DNA of 64,000 nt, taken from the NCBI RefSeq assembly GCF_044324875.1, contig NZ_CP172185.1; one strand, given 5' to 3'. Position numbers and translations under genes: made by a program. Positions 10,679-21,657 of this stretch are shown piece by piece. The notes under the pieces were generated by a model that was not told where the DNA came from, did not search any database, and worked only from the letters and a program-made list of their open reading frames with translations. Each line of letters opens with the position of its first letter. The first letter of the stretch is position 1. The stretch is from Escherichia coli (GTDB taxonomy: Bacteria; Pseudomonadota; Gammaproteobacteria; Enterobacterales; Enterobacteriaceae).

Positions 10679-11640
10679 TGTCCCTGGCGTGGCCATTATT
10701 TCGCGTTACGGAACAGGCAGCGTTGGCTGCCTGGCCGCAAACCGGATGTGGCGACAAAAATAAAATTGATGGCCTGGCGGTCACCGCGATGCGCCAGGCA
10801 TTAAACGACGTCGCTTTTCGTGGGCGAGTGGTTATCGGCGAGGGAGAGATTGACCATGCGCCGATGCTGTGGATTGGCGAAGAGGTGGGCAAAGGCGATG
10901 GGCCAGAAGTCGATATCGCGGTTGATCCCATTGAAGGTACGCGGATGGTGGCGATGGGGCAGAGCAATGCGCTGGCGGTCATGGCTTTCGCACCTCGGGA
11001 TAGCCTGTTACATGCGCCCGATATGTATATGAAAAAGCTGGTTGTTAATCGACAGGCTGCCGGGGCGATTGATCTGTCTTTGCCTCTGGCGGACAACTTG
11101 CGAAACGTGGCGAAAGCGTTAGGCAAACCGCTGGACAAACTGCGCATGGTTACGCTGGATAAACCGCGCCTGAGTACCGCAATTGAGGAAGCAACACAGC
11201 TGGGCGTGAAGGTTTTTGCCCTGCCGGATGGCGATGTCGCCGCCAGCGTGCTGACCTGCTGGCAGGATAATCCTTACGATGTGATGTACACCATCGGCGG
11301 TGCGCCGGAGGGCGTGATTTCTGCCTGTGCCGTTAAAGCATTAGGCGGGGATATGCAGGCCGAGCTGATTGACTTTTGTCAGGCTAAAGGGGATTACACG
11401 GAAAATCGGCAGATTGCAGAGCAGGAGCGCAAGCGTTGCAAGGAAATGGGCGTTGACGTTAACCGTGTGTACTCGCTCGATGAACTGGTGAGGGGGAACG
11501 ATATCCTCTTTAGCGCTACGGGCGTGACGGGCGGCGAGTTGGTGAACGGTATCCAACAGACGGCGAATGGGGTGCGGACGCAGACATTACTGATCGGCGG
11601 CGCGGACCAAACGTGTAATATAATAGACTCCCTGCATTGA
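10675..11640 (+). CDS. yggF: Fructose-1,6-bisphosphatase class II (GlpX paralog)
   Basis: 321 aa starting MMSLAWPLFRVTEQAALAA; GlpX-family; start overlaps the yggP stop. Confidence 0.9.
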   Translation: MMSLAWPLFRVTEQAALAAWPQTGCGDKNKIDGLAVTAMRQALNDVAFRGRVVIGEGEIDHAPMLWIGEEVGKGDGPEVDIAVDPIEGTRMVAMGQSNALAVMAFAPRDSLLHAPDMYMKKLVVNRQAAGAIDLSLPLADNLRNVAKALGKPLDKLRMVTLDKPRLSTAIEEATQLGVKVFALPDGDVAASVLTCWQDNPYDVMYTIGGAPEGVISACAVKALGGDMQAELIDFCQAKGDYTENRQIAEQERKRCKEMGVDVNRVYSLDELVRGNDILFSATGVTGGELVNGIQQTANGVRTQTLLIGGADQTCNIIDSLH

Positions 11641-11661
11641 TGGTGATCTATCGGAAGACCA

Positions 11662-12171
11662 ATGGCGACGCTGACAGAAGATGATGTGCTTGAGCAACTG
11701 GAGGCACAGGACAATTTATTTTCATTTATGAAAACGGCGCATTCTATTTTGCTCCAGGGGATACGCCAGTTTCTACCGTCGCTGTTTGTCGATAACGATG
11801 AAGAGATCGTCGAATATGCAGTGAAGCCGTTACTCGCCCAAAGCGGCCCGCTTGACGATATTGATGTTGCACTGCGTTTGATTTATGCGCTGGGGAAAAT
11901 GGATAAATGGCTGTACGCCGATATCACGCACTTTTCCCAGTTCTGGCATTACCTGAACGAACAGAATGAAATGCCCGGATTTGCCGATGATATGACCTGG
12001 GATTTTATCAGCAACGTCAATAGCATAACCCGCAATGCGACGCTCTATGACGCGTTGAAAGCGATGAAGTTCGCCGATTTCGCCGTCTGGTCAGAGGCGC
12101 GTTTTAGCGGGATGGTCAAAACGGCGCTGACGCTGGCAGTAACGACCACCTTAAAGGAATTAACGCCGTGA
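11662..12171 (+). CDS. yggD: MtlR-like transcriptional regulator
   Basis: 169 aa; matches YggD in sequence and position. Confidence 0.85.
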   Translation: MATLTEDDVLEQLEAQDNLFSFMKTAHSILLQGIRQFLPSLFVDNDEEIVEYAVKPLLAQSGPLDDIDVALRLIYALGKMDKWLYADITHFSQFWHYLNEQNEMPGFADDMTWDFISNVNSITRNATLYDALKAMKFADFAVWSEARFSGMVKTALTLAVTTTLKELTP

Positions 12172-12881
12172 AAATTGAATTAACGGTGAATGGTCTGAAG
12201 GTACAAGCACAGTACCATGTTGATGAGATAGAAAATGTACATAAACCGTTGCTGCGCATGTTGGCGGCCTTACAGACGGTAAATCCGCAGCGGCGTACGG
12301 TGGTTTTTCTTTGCGCTCCGCCGGGGACGGGTAAATCTACCCTAACCACCTTCTGGGAATATCTCGCGCAACAAGACCCGGAACTACCCGCTATACAGAC
12401 GCTGCCGATGGATGGTTTTCACCATTACAATAGCTGGCTGGATGCGCATCAATTGCGCCCCTTCAAAGGCGCACCAGAGACATTCAATGTAGCGAAACTG
12501 GCGGAAAACCTGCGCCAGGTCGTGGAAGGGGATTGTACGTGGCCACAGTACGATCGACAAAAGCATGATCCTGTTGAAGATGCGTTGCACGTTACCGCAC
12601 CACTCGTCATCGTCGAAGGAAACTGGTTGTTACTGGATGATGAAAAGTGGCAGGAGTTGGCATCTTTCTGCGATTTTTCTATTTTTATTCATGCACCTGC
12701 TCAAATTCTGCGGGAGCGCTTGATTAGTCGTAAAATTGCGGGAGGATTATCGCGGCAAGAAGCCGAAGCTTTTTATGCCCGAACCGATGGTCCCAATGTC
12801 GAGCGTGTGCTGGTGAATAGTCGTCAGGCCAATCTGATAGTAGAGATGACCGAAGAAGGCAGATATCACTTCAAAAGCTGA
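12168..12881 (+). CDS. yggC: P-loop NTPase/kinase family protein
   Basis: 237 aa; Walker A (PPGTGKST); 4-nt overlap with yggD. Confidence 0.85.
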   Translation: MKIELTVNGLKVQAQYHVDEIENVHKPLLRMLAALQTVNPQRRTVVFLCAPPGTGKSTLTTFWEYLAQQDPELPAIQTLPMDGFHHYNSWLDAHQLRPFKGAPETFNVAKLAENLRQVVEGDCTWPQYDRQKHDPVEDALHVTAPLVIVEGNWLLLDDEKWQELASFCDFSIFIHAPAQILRERLISRKIAGGLSRQEAEAFYARTDGPNVERVLVNSRQANLIVEMTEEGRYHFKS

Positions 12882-13165
12882 CAATTTATTCCAGTTATTG
12901 CAGGGGTATTATTACGCCAGCCTGGAATAAAGCCCCCTACAAAAGGGGATAAAAGTGTGATGTAAGTCAGATAAATGTCTTCTTCGGCTGGACAATCATT
13001 CCTTTTATTCCACGTTTCGCTTATCCTAGCTGAAGCGTTTCAGTCGATTAAATGTTCGACAATTAACCAATCAGTCGCAGTTTGCGACAGGTAAGGTTTC
13101 CCCGGACGATTTGCTGGATTACTCTGTCTGGCAAATTTGCTCAGGGAAAACCTTGCAGGAGATCT

Positions 13166-14185
13166 ATGACCGTACGCGTAGCGATAAATGGCTTCGGTCG
13201 CATCGGGCGTAATGTGGTTCGTGCCTTGTATGAATCCGGACGCCGGGCGGAAATTACCGTGGTGGCAATCAACGAACTGGCGGATGCTGCGGGCATGGCG
13301 CATTTGTTGAAATATGACACCAGCCATGGCCGTTTTGCATGGGAAGTACGACAGGAACGCGATCAACTTTTTGTTGGTGATGACGCCATCCGCGTATTGC
13401 ATGAACGTTCACTGCAATCGCTCCCCTGGCGTGAACTTGGCGTTGATGTAGTCCTCGACTGCACCGGCGTATATGGCTCCCGCGAGCATGGCGAAGCGCA
13501 TATTGCCGCCGGGGCCAAAAAAGTGCTCTTTTCACATCCTGGCAGTAACGATCTCGACGCGACCGTTGTTTACGGCGTCAATCAGGATCAACTTCGTGCG
13601 GAACACCGCATCGTTTCTAACGCTTCCTGTACCACGAATTGCATAATTCCCGTCATCAAATTGTTAGATGATGCGTACGGTATTGAGTCCGGCACTGTGA
13701 CCACAATTCACTCCGCCATGCACGATCAACAGGTTATTGATGCATACCATCCTGACCTGCGTCGCACTCGGGCAGCCAGCCAGTCGATCATTCCGGTCGA
13801 TACTAAACTGGCCGCCGGTATCACACGATTTTTTCCGCAATTTAACGATCGCTTTGAAGCGATTGCGGTACGTGTGCCAACCATAAATGTGACGGCAATC
13901 GATTTAAGCGTGACGGTGAAGAAACCTGTAAAAGCCAATGAAGTCAACCTGTTGCTGCAAAAAGCAGCACAAGGTGCATTTCATGGTATAGTTGACTATA
14001 CGGAATTGCCGTTGGTCTCTGTAGATTTTAACCACGATCCGCACAGTGCCATTGTCGATGGCACCCAAACCCGGGTCAGTGGCGCACACCTGATCAAAAC
14101 GTTGGTCTGGTGCGATAACGAATGGGGCTTTGCTAACCGAATGCTCGACACGACGTTAGCTATGGCTACTGTTGCTTTCAGGTAA
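13166..14185 (+). CDS. epd: D-erythrose-4-phosphate dehydrogenase
   Basis: 339 aa starting [15 protein letters not shown]; GAPDH-family with active-site SCTTNC. Confidence 0.95.
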
Positions 14186-14234
14186 GACGCAAGCAGCGTC
14201 TGCAAAACTTTTAGAATCAACGAGAGGATTCACC

Positions 14235-15398
14235 ATGTCTGTAATTAAGATGACCGATCTGGATCTTGCTGGGAAACGTGTATTTATCCGTGCGGATCTG
14301 AACGTACCAGTAAAAGACGGGAAAGTAACCAGCGACGCGCGTATCCGTGCTTCTCTGCCGACCATCGAACTGGCCCTGAAACAAGGCGCAAAAGTGATGG
14401 TAACTTCCCACCTGGGTCGTCCTACCGAAGGCGAGTACAACGAAGAATTCTCTCTGCTGCCGGTTGTTAACTATCTGAAAGACAAACTGTCTAACCCGGT
14501 TCGTCTGGTTAAAGATTACCTCGACGGCGTTGACGTTGCTGAAGGTGAACTGGTTGTTCTGGAAAACGTTCGCTTCAACAAAGGCGAGAAGAAAGACGAC
14601 GAAACCCTGTCCAAAAAATACGCTGCACTGTGTGACGTGTTCGTAATGGACGCATTCGGTACTGCTCACCGCGCGCAGGCTTCTACTCACGGTATCGGTA
14701 AATTCGCTGACGTTGCGTGCGCAGGCCCGCTGCTGGCAGCTGAACTGGACGCGCTGGGTAAAGCACTGAAAGAACCTGCTCGCCCGATGGTGGCTATCGT
14801 TGGTGGTTCTAAAGTATCTACCAAACTGACCGTTCTGGACTCCCTGTCTAAAATCGCTGACCAGCTGATTGTTGGTGGTGGTATCGCTAACACCTTTATC
14901 GCGGCACAAGGCCACGATGTGGGTAAATCCCTGTACGAAGCTGACCTGGTTGACGAAGCTAAACGTCTGCTGACCACCTGCAACATCCCGGTTCCGTCTG
15001 ATGTTCGCGTAGCAACCGAGTTCTCTGAAACTGCACCGGCTACCCTGAAATCTGTTAACGATGTGAAAGCTGACGAGCAGATCCTGGATATCGGTGATGC
15101 TTCCGCTCAGGAACTGGCTGAAATCCTGAAGAATGCGAAAACCATTCTGTGGAACGGTCCGGTTGGCGTGTTCGAATTCCCGAACTTCCGCAAAGGTACT
15201 GAAATCGTGGCTAACGCTATCGCAGACAGCGAAGCGTTCTCCATCGCTGGCGGCGGCGACACTCTGGCAGCAATCGACCTGTTCGGCATTGCTGACAAAA
15301 TCTCCTACATCTCCACTGGCGGCGGTGCATTCCTCGAATTCGTGGAAGGTAAAGTACTGCCTGCAGTAGCGATGCTCGAAGAGCGCGCTAAGAAGTAA
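14235..15398 (+). CDS. pgk: Phosphoglycerate kinase
   Basis: 387 aa starting [25 protein letters not shown]. Confidence 0.97.
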
Positions 15399-15406
15399 AA
15401 AAATCA

Positions 15407-15433
15407 CAGGGCAGGGAAACCTGCCCTTGTTGC
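15407..15433 (+). terminator. Putative pgk terminator hairpin
   Basis: cagggcagg-gaaa-cctgccctt hairpin just after the pgk stop; weak T tract. Confidence 0.4.
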
Positions 15434-15462
15434 AGCGCGCTTTTAAAGCACGCACTTTTTCA

Positions 15463-15592
15463 TACTCTAAATAATTCGAGTTGCAGGAAGGCGACAAGAG
15501 AGTGAATCCCATGAGCTTACATAAGTAAGTGACTGAGGTGAGCGAACGCAGACGCAGCACATGCAACTTGAAGTATGACGAGTATAAGGCCC
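15463..15592. repeat. ERIC (IRU) element in the pgk–fbaA intergenic region
   Basis: Contains the ERIC core gtgaatccc..gagcttacataagtaagtgactg.ggtgagcg; near-identical inverted copy at 28519–28645. Confidence 0.85.
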
Positions 15593-15612
15593 GACGATAC
15601 AGGACAAGAGAC

Positions 15613-16692
15613 ATGTCTAAGATTTTTGATTTCGTAAAACCTGGCGTAATCACTGGTGATGACGTACAGAAAGTTTTCCAGGTAGCAAAAGAAAACAACT
15701 TCGCACTGCCAGCAGTAAACTGCGTCGGTACTGACTCCATCAACGCCGTGCTGGAAACCGCTGCTAAAGTTAAAGCGCCGGTTATCGTTCAGTTCTCCAA
15801 CGGTGGTGCTTCCTTTATCGCTGGTAAAGGCGTGAAATCTGACGTTCCGCAGGGTGCTGCTATCCTGGGCGCGATCTCTGGTGCGCATCACGTTCACCAG
15901 ATGGCTGAACATTATGGTGTTCCGGTTATCCTGCACACCGACCACTGCGCGAAGAAACTGCTGCCGTGGATCGACGGTCTGCTGGACGCGGGTGAAAAAC
16001 ACTTCGCTGCTACCGGTAAGCCGCTGTTCTCTTCTCACATGATCGACCTGTCTGAAGAATCTCTGCAAGAGAACATCGAAATCTGCTCTAAATACCTGGA
16101 GCGCATGTCCAAAATCGGCATGACTCTGGAAATCGAACTGGGTTGCACCGGTGGTGAAGAAGACGGCGTGGACAACAGCCACATGGACGCTTCTGCACTG
16201 TACACCCAGCCGGAAGACGTTGATTATGCGTATACCGAGCTGAGCAAAATCAGCCCGCGTTTCACCATCGCTGCCTCCTTCGGTAACGTACACGGTGTTT
16301 ACAAGCCGGGTAACGTTGTTCTGACTCCGACCATCCTGCGCGACTCTCAGGAATATGTTTCTAAGAAACACAACCTGCCGCACAACAGCCTGAACTTCGT
16401 ATTCCACGGTGGTTCCGGTTCTACTGCTCAGGAAATCAAAGACTCCGTAAGCTACGGCGTAGTGAAAATGAACATCGATACCGATACCCAATGGGCAACC
16501 TGGGAAGGCGTTCTGAACTACTACAAAGCAAACGAAGCTTATCTGCAGGGTCAGCTGGGTAACCCGAAAGGCGAAGATCAGCCGAACAAGAAATATTACG
16601 ATCCGCGCGTATGGCTGCGTGCCGGTCAGACTTCGATGATCGCTCGTCTGGAAAAAGCATTCCAGGAACTGAACGCGATCGACGTTCTGTAA
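15613..16692 (+). CDS. fbaA: Fructose-bisphosphate aldolase class II
   Basis: 359 aa starting MSKIFDFVKPGV; the longer ORF in the track is an in-frame read-through of the ERIC element. Confidence 0.97.
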   Translation: MSKIFDFVKPGVITGDDVQKVFQVAKENNFALPAVNCVGTDSINAVLETAAKVKAPVIVQFSNGGASFIAGKGVKSDVPQGAAILGAISGAHHVHQMAEHYGVPVILHTDHCAKKLLPWIDGLLDAGEKHFAATGKPLFSSHMIDLSEESLQENIEICSKYLERMSKIGMTLEIELGCTGGEEDGVDNSHMDASALYTQPEDVDYAYTELSKISPRFTIAASFGNVHGVYKPGNVVLTPTILRDSQEYVSKKHNLPHNSLNFVFHGGSGSTAQEIKDSVSYGVVKMNIDTDTQWATWEGVLNYYKANEAYLQGQLGNPKGEDQPNKKYYDPRVWLRAGQTSMIARLEKAFQELNAIDVL

Positions 16693-16716
16693 GATATTCC
16701 TTTCTGCTTATCTCAA

Positions 16717-16741
16717 GGCCCGCTCTGCGGGTCTTTTTTTT
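16717..16741 (+). terminator. fbaA intrinsic terminator
   Basis: cccgctctgcggg hairpin followed by a T9 tract. Confidence 0.7.
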
Positions 16742-16758
16742 GCTAAAAGAAAAATTGC

Positions 16759-16858
16759 CTGATGCGCTACGCTTATCAGGCCTACACGTATCCTGCAATA
16801 TATTGAATTCGCAGGTTTTTGTAGGCCGGATAAGGCGTTCACGCCGCATCCGGCATGA
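16759..16858. repeat. REP/BIME cluster (two REP units in opposite orientation)
   Basis: gcctgatgcgctacgcttatcaggcctac and gtaggccggataaggcgttcacgccgcatccggca. Confidence 0.8.
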
Positions 16859-17049
16859 CAAAGCGCACATTGATATCTGTCTGAGCCCCGCTCTGCGGGG
16901 ATTTTTTCGCCAAAAGCAAGGTGATGCAGATGAGAAATCTGTGATCTATTTGGCAAAATTATGCTTTATTGTTTACCCTTGTCAGACTGCCCGTCATAAG
17001 GCGGCGGAGTGTATTTCTCCATTTTGAGTCAGTTGAAAAGGAATATTGA

Positions 17050-17925
<876 letters not shown>

Positions 17926-17966
17926 TCATGTAAAGCGCCCATGAAGTTCATGGGCGCACTACCAAT

Positions 17967-19010
17967 TTAACGCATTGTTTCATCGAGTATATTGGCAACT
18001 TTTTGCATGACTTCCCCGGCTTTCTCCACGCCTTCCTTATTTTGCTTTTCTACCCACTGTGCTTGTTCTTGCTGATAACCGATCGCTTTCTGCCAGGCGT
18101 CCAGCCCTGATTTTTTCAGATAGCGAACCTGTGCACCTTCCTGCTCAAGCGTTTTTACCATGCTGATCAGGTTGTTATCTAATGCCTTGCCCAGTGCTTT
18201 CTCGGTTGTAATGGCAGCTCGTTGAATAGCCTCACGATCTCTGTTATCAAGGTTTTCCCACGATTGTTTATTCATTACCAACAGATAAACATGACCAAGC
18301 CAGAGAGAAGGTGAGAGCAACACATTCGGCGCAGCACGTTCAGCATGGATGTCATATCCGCTATCGAGATTGACCATTAAACCATCCAGTTTTCCATCCA
18401 TGAGTGCTTTAGTTATTTGATCATTCCACGGTAAAGTTACGGTTTTTGCCCCCGTATGAGTTAAATAAGCCCGATGCCAGAAACTGGCTGTTCGCCAGGT
18501 GGTTCCCTGAAGCGCAGTCAATTTATCAATGGGCCTGGTAGAGAAAAAGCCTACCGGGTAGCCAAGGAAAAACTGTAAATTCACGATATTGTTACGCTCA
18601 AGTTCAGCGTTAAATTCGGGAATTTCCGCATATACGCGACGAAAGAATTCTACCTGACTGGCTCCATGATCCGGGCCAATAGCAAAGCTCTTGAAGATTT
18701 GATGAAGCGGCAATTGTTTCGCGGTGTATTCCGGCACCACTATACCCATATCAGCTTTGCTGCCATCGCTTATTGTCGTCAGAGCGTCATAGCTGATGGC
18801 GGTTTCACCGTTCCAGTGTGGTTCGATTTTCAAACGCCCCTGCGACTCTTTTTCAATTTCTGCAAAAAATATCTCTTTAATTATTTGTGTACGCATTCCC
18901 CCGTAGGGTTCATGGTCTGTATAACGAAGAATTTTTTCAGCAGCAAAAATCGAGGGAGATAACAGAAGAAATCCTGATAAAAGAAAGGGGAGTAATTGTC
19001 GGTAGTGCAT
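17967..19010 (-). CDS. Orphan TRAP-type (DctP-like) periplasmic solute-binding protein, apparently accessory
   Basis: 347 aa; signal peptide MHYRQLLPFLLSGFLLLSPSIFAAEK; DctP-like motifs (HVYLLVMNKQSWENL, LDGLMVNL); AAGGAA ribosome-binding site; no DctQ/DctM permease genes nearby. Confidence 0.65.
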   Translation of the reverse strand: MHYRQLLPFLLSGFLLLSPSIFAAEKILRYTDHEPYGGMRTQIIKEIFFAEIEKESQGRLKIEPHWNGETAISYDALTTISDGSKADMGIVVPEYTAKQLPLHQIFKSFAIGPDHGASQVEFFRRVYAEIPEFNAELERNNIVNLQFFLGYPVGFFSTRPIDKLTALQGTTWRTASFWHRAYLTHTGAKTVTLPWNDQITKALMDGKLDGLMVNLDSGYDIHAERAAPNVLLSPSLWLGHVYLLVMNKQSWENLDNRDREAIQRAAITTEKALGKALDNNLISMVKTLEQEGAQVRYLKKSGLDAWQKAIGYQQEQAQWVEKQNKEGVEKAGEVMQKVANILDETMR

Positions 19011-19125
19011 ATCTGTTCCTTCAGTTTATTAATTCAACTTATACTATATTAATTTTATCAATTATCCCTAATGTTATTCCTGCGCTATAGTCTGCGCATC
19101 AGATAATTAGCCCGGAATTAATTAC

Positions 19126-19760
19126 GTGATATCTTATTACTTTCAAGGTCTTGCACTTGGGGCGGCTATGATCCTACCGCTCGGTCCACAAAATGCTTTT
19201 GTGATGAATCAGGGCATACGTCGTCAGTACCACATTATGATTGCCTTACTTTGTGCTATCAGCGATTTGGTCCTGATTTGCGCCGGGATTTTTGGTGGCA
19301 GTGCGTTATTGATGCAGTCGCCGTGGTTGCTGGCGCTGGTCACCTGGGGCGGCGTAGCCTTCTTGCTGTGGTATGGTTTTGGCGCTTTTAAAACAGCATG
19401 AGCAGTAATATTGAGTTAGCCAGCGCCGAAGTCATGAAGCAAGGCAGATGGAAAATTATCGCCACCATGTTGGCAGTGACCTGGCTGAATCCGCATGTTT
19501 ACCTCGATACTTTTGTTGTTCTGGGCAGCCTTGGCGGGCAACTTGATGTGGAACCAAAACGTTGGTTTGCGCTCGGGACAATTAGCGCTTCTTTCCTGTG
19601 GTTCTTTGGTCTGGCTCTTCTCGCTGCCTGGCTGGCACCGCGTCTGCGCACGGCAAAAGCACAGCGCATTATCAATCTGGTTGTGGGATGTGTTATGTGG
19701 TTTATTGCCTTGCAGCTGGCGAGAGACGGTATTGCTCATGCACAAGCCTTGTTCAGTTAG
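19126..19760 (+). pseudogene. argO: Arginine exporter ArgO (LysE family) split by a 1-nt frameshift
   Basis: Two ORFs (91 aa and 120 aa) that concatenate to the 211-aa ArgO sequence; frame switches at the overlapping ATGA at 19398–19401. Confidence 0.7.
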
Positions 19761-19852
19761 GCGCTATCTGATGGAAAAATAAAACAGAGGCGCTAAGCTT
19801 GCCTCCAGAGGTCCTGAATTTTAGGCAAGTCAATTAACACGGAGAGACTAAC

Positions 19853-20593
19853 GTGAAGTTCAAAGTTATCGCCCTGGCGGCATTAATGGGTATTAGCGGG
19901 ATGGCAGCGCAGGCTAACGAATTGCCGGATGGACCGCATATTGTCACCTCCGGTACGGCAAGCGTGGATGCGGTGCCAGACATTGCCACTCTTGCGATTG
20001 AAGTCAACGTGGCCGCGAAGGATGCCGCTACTGCCAAGAAACAGGCGGATGAGCGCGTCGCACAATACATTTCCTTCCTTGAACTCAATCAGATCGCGAA
20101 AAAAGATATCAGCTCAGCGAACTTACGCACCCAGCCAGATTATGATTATCAGGATGGTAAAAGTATCCTGAAAGGCTACCGTGCTGTGAGAACGGTGGAA
20201 GTCACGCTCCGTCAGTTAGACAAACTGAATTCCTTGCTGGACGGCGCGCTGAAGGCGGGTCTTAACGAAATTCGTTCTGTGTCGCTGGGCGTGGCGCAGC
20301 CGGATGCCTATAAAGACAAAGCGCGTAAGGCAGCGATTGATAACGCGATTCATCAGGCGCAGGAACTGGCGAACGGCTTTCATCGTAAACTGGGGCCGGT
20401 ATATAGCGTGCGCTACCATGTTTCCAACTATCAGCCCAGCCCAATGGTGCGGATGATGAAAGCCGATGCCGCGCCGGTGTCCGCCCAGGAAACTTACGAG
20501 CAGGCCGCTATTCAGTTTGATGATCAGGTCGATGTGGTCTTCCAGTTAGAACCTGTGGATCAACAACCCGCTAAAACACCTGCCGCACAATAA
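19853..20593 (+). CDS. yggE: Periplasmic oxidative-stress defence protein (SIMPL/DUF541)
   Basis: 246 aa with signal peptide; matches YggE. Confidence 0.9.
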   Translation: MKFKVIALAALMGISGMAAQANELPDGPHIVTSGTASVDAVPDIATLAIEVNVAAKDAATAKKQADERVAQYISFLELNQIAKKDISSANLRTQPDYDYQDGKSILKGYRAVRTVEVTLRQLDKLNSLLDGALKAGLNEIRSVSLGVAQPDAYKDKARKAAIDNAIHQAQELANGFHRKLGPVYSVRYHVSNYQPSPMVRMMKADAAPVSAQETYEQAAIQFDDQVDVVFQLEPVDQQPAKTPAAQ

Positions 20594-20760
20594 TACTTGT
20601 AGCCCGACGTATTGGTCGGGCTAATGCCTTTACCCGATATTGCCTCCTTTTTCTGTAATTTTCTGTAAAACCATGACGTAATCACCTATCTTTGCTCGCG
20701 GTTTCATCAAGGATAGGCTGACTGAAACGGTTAAGCGGACAAGGATGCGGGGGAGCGGGG

Positions 20761-21657
20761 ATGGACATTTTTATTTCGAAAAAGATGCGCAATTTCATTT
20801 TATTAGCGCAAACCAATAATATTGCCCGGGCGGCAGAAAAAATCCATATGACGGCTTCGCCATTTGGCAAAAGCATTGCCGCGCTGGAAGAACAAATTGG
20901 CTATACGCTATTTACCCGCAAAGATAATAATATCAGCCTCAATAAAGCCGGGCAGGAACTGTATCAAAAACTGTTCCCGGTTTATCAACGACTTTCTGCG
21001 ATTGATAATGAAATCCATAACTCAGGACGTCGTTCACGAGAAATTGTGATAGGCATAGATAATACTTATCCGACCATTATTTTTGATCAGTTGATTAGTC
21101 TCGGAGATAAGTACGAAGGCGTGACCGCCCAGCCAGTTGAGTTCAGCGAAAACGGCGTTATCGATAATCTTTTTGACCGTCAGTTAGATTTTATTATCTC
21201 CCCACAGCATGTATCTGCACGAGTTCAGGAACTGGAAAATCTGACTATCAGTGAACTACCACCGCTGCGATTGGGCTTTCTCGTTTCTCGCCGTTATGAA
21301 GAGCGTCAAGAGCAAGAGCTGCTTCAGGAGCTGCCCTGGCTACAAATGCGCTTTCAGAACCGGGCCAACTTCGAAGCAATGATTGATGCGAATATGCGAC
21401 CTTGTGGGATCAATCCAACCATTATTTATCGTCCCTACAGTTTTATGGCCAAAATCAGCGCCGTGGAGCGCGGACATTTTCTGACGGTGATCCCGCATTT
21501 TGCCTGGCGACTGGTGAATCCGGCAACGCTGAAATATTTTGATGCACCGCACAGGCCGATGTATATGCAGGAATATCTTTATTCAATCAGAAATCATCGT
21601 TATACCGCCACGATGCTTCAGCATATTGCTGAAGATCGTGACGGGACGAGTCATTAA
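20761..21657 (+). CDS. ygfI: LysR-family transcriptional regulator
   Basis: 298 aa; N-terminal helix-turn-helix; position matches ygfI; 3' end overlaps the convergent scpC by 4 nt. Confidence 0.85.
   Translation: MDIFISKKMRNFILLAQTNNIARAAEKIHMTASPFGKSIAALEEQIGYTLFTRKDNNISLNKAGQELYQKLFPVYQRLSAIDNEIHNSGRRSREIVIGIDNTYPTIIFDQLISLGDKYEGVTAQPVEFSENGVIDNLFDRQLDFIISPQHVSARVQELENLTISELPPLRLGFLVSRRYEERQEQELLQELPWLQMRFQNRANFEAMIDANMRPCGINPTIIYRPYSFMAKISAVERGHFLTVIPHFAWRLVNPATLKYFDAPHRPMYMQEYLYSIRNHRYTATMLQHIAEDRDGTSH

Noticed and set aside
10569-11147. 192-aa ORF antisense to yggF, and several 60–100-aa ORFs inside yggP/yggF
   Set aside because: They overlap well-supported genes in alternative frames.
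15529-15612. N-terminal extension of the fbaA ORF (MTEVSERRRSTCNLKYDEYKARRYRTRD)
   Set aside because: The extension is a read-through of the ERIC repeat; the true start is the MSKIFDF ATG at 15613.
14217-15743. 508-aa ORF on the minus strand spanning pgk
   Set aside because: Antisense shadow ORF inside a highly conserved, GC-biased gene; no ribosome-binding site and a low-complexity translation.
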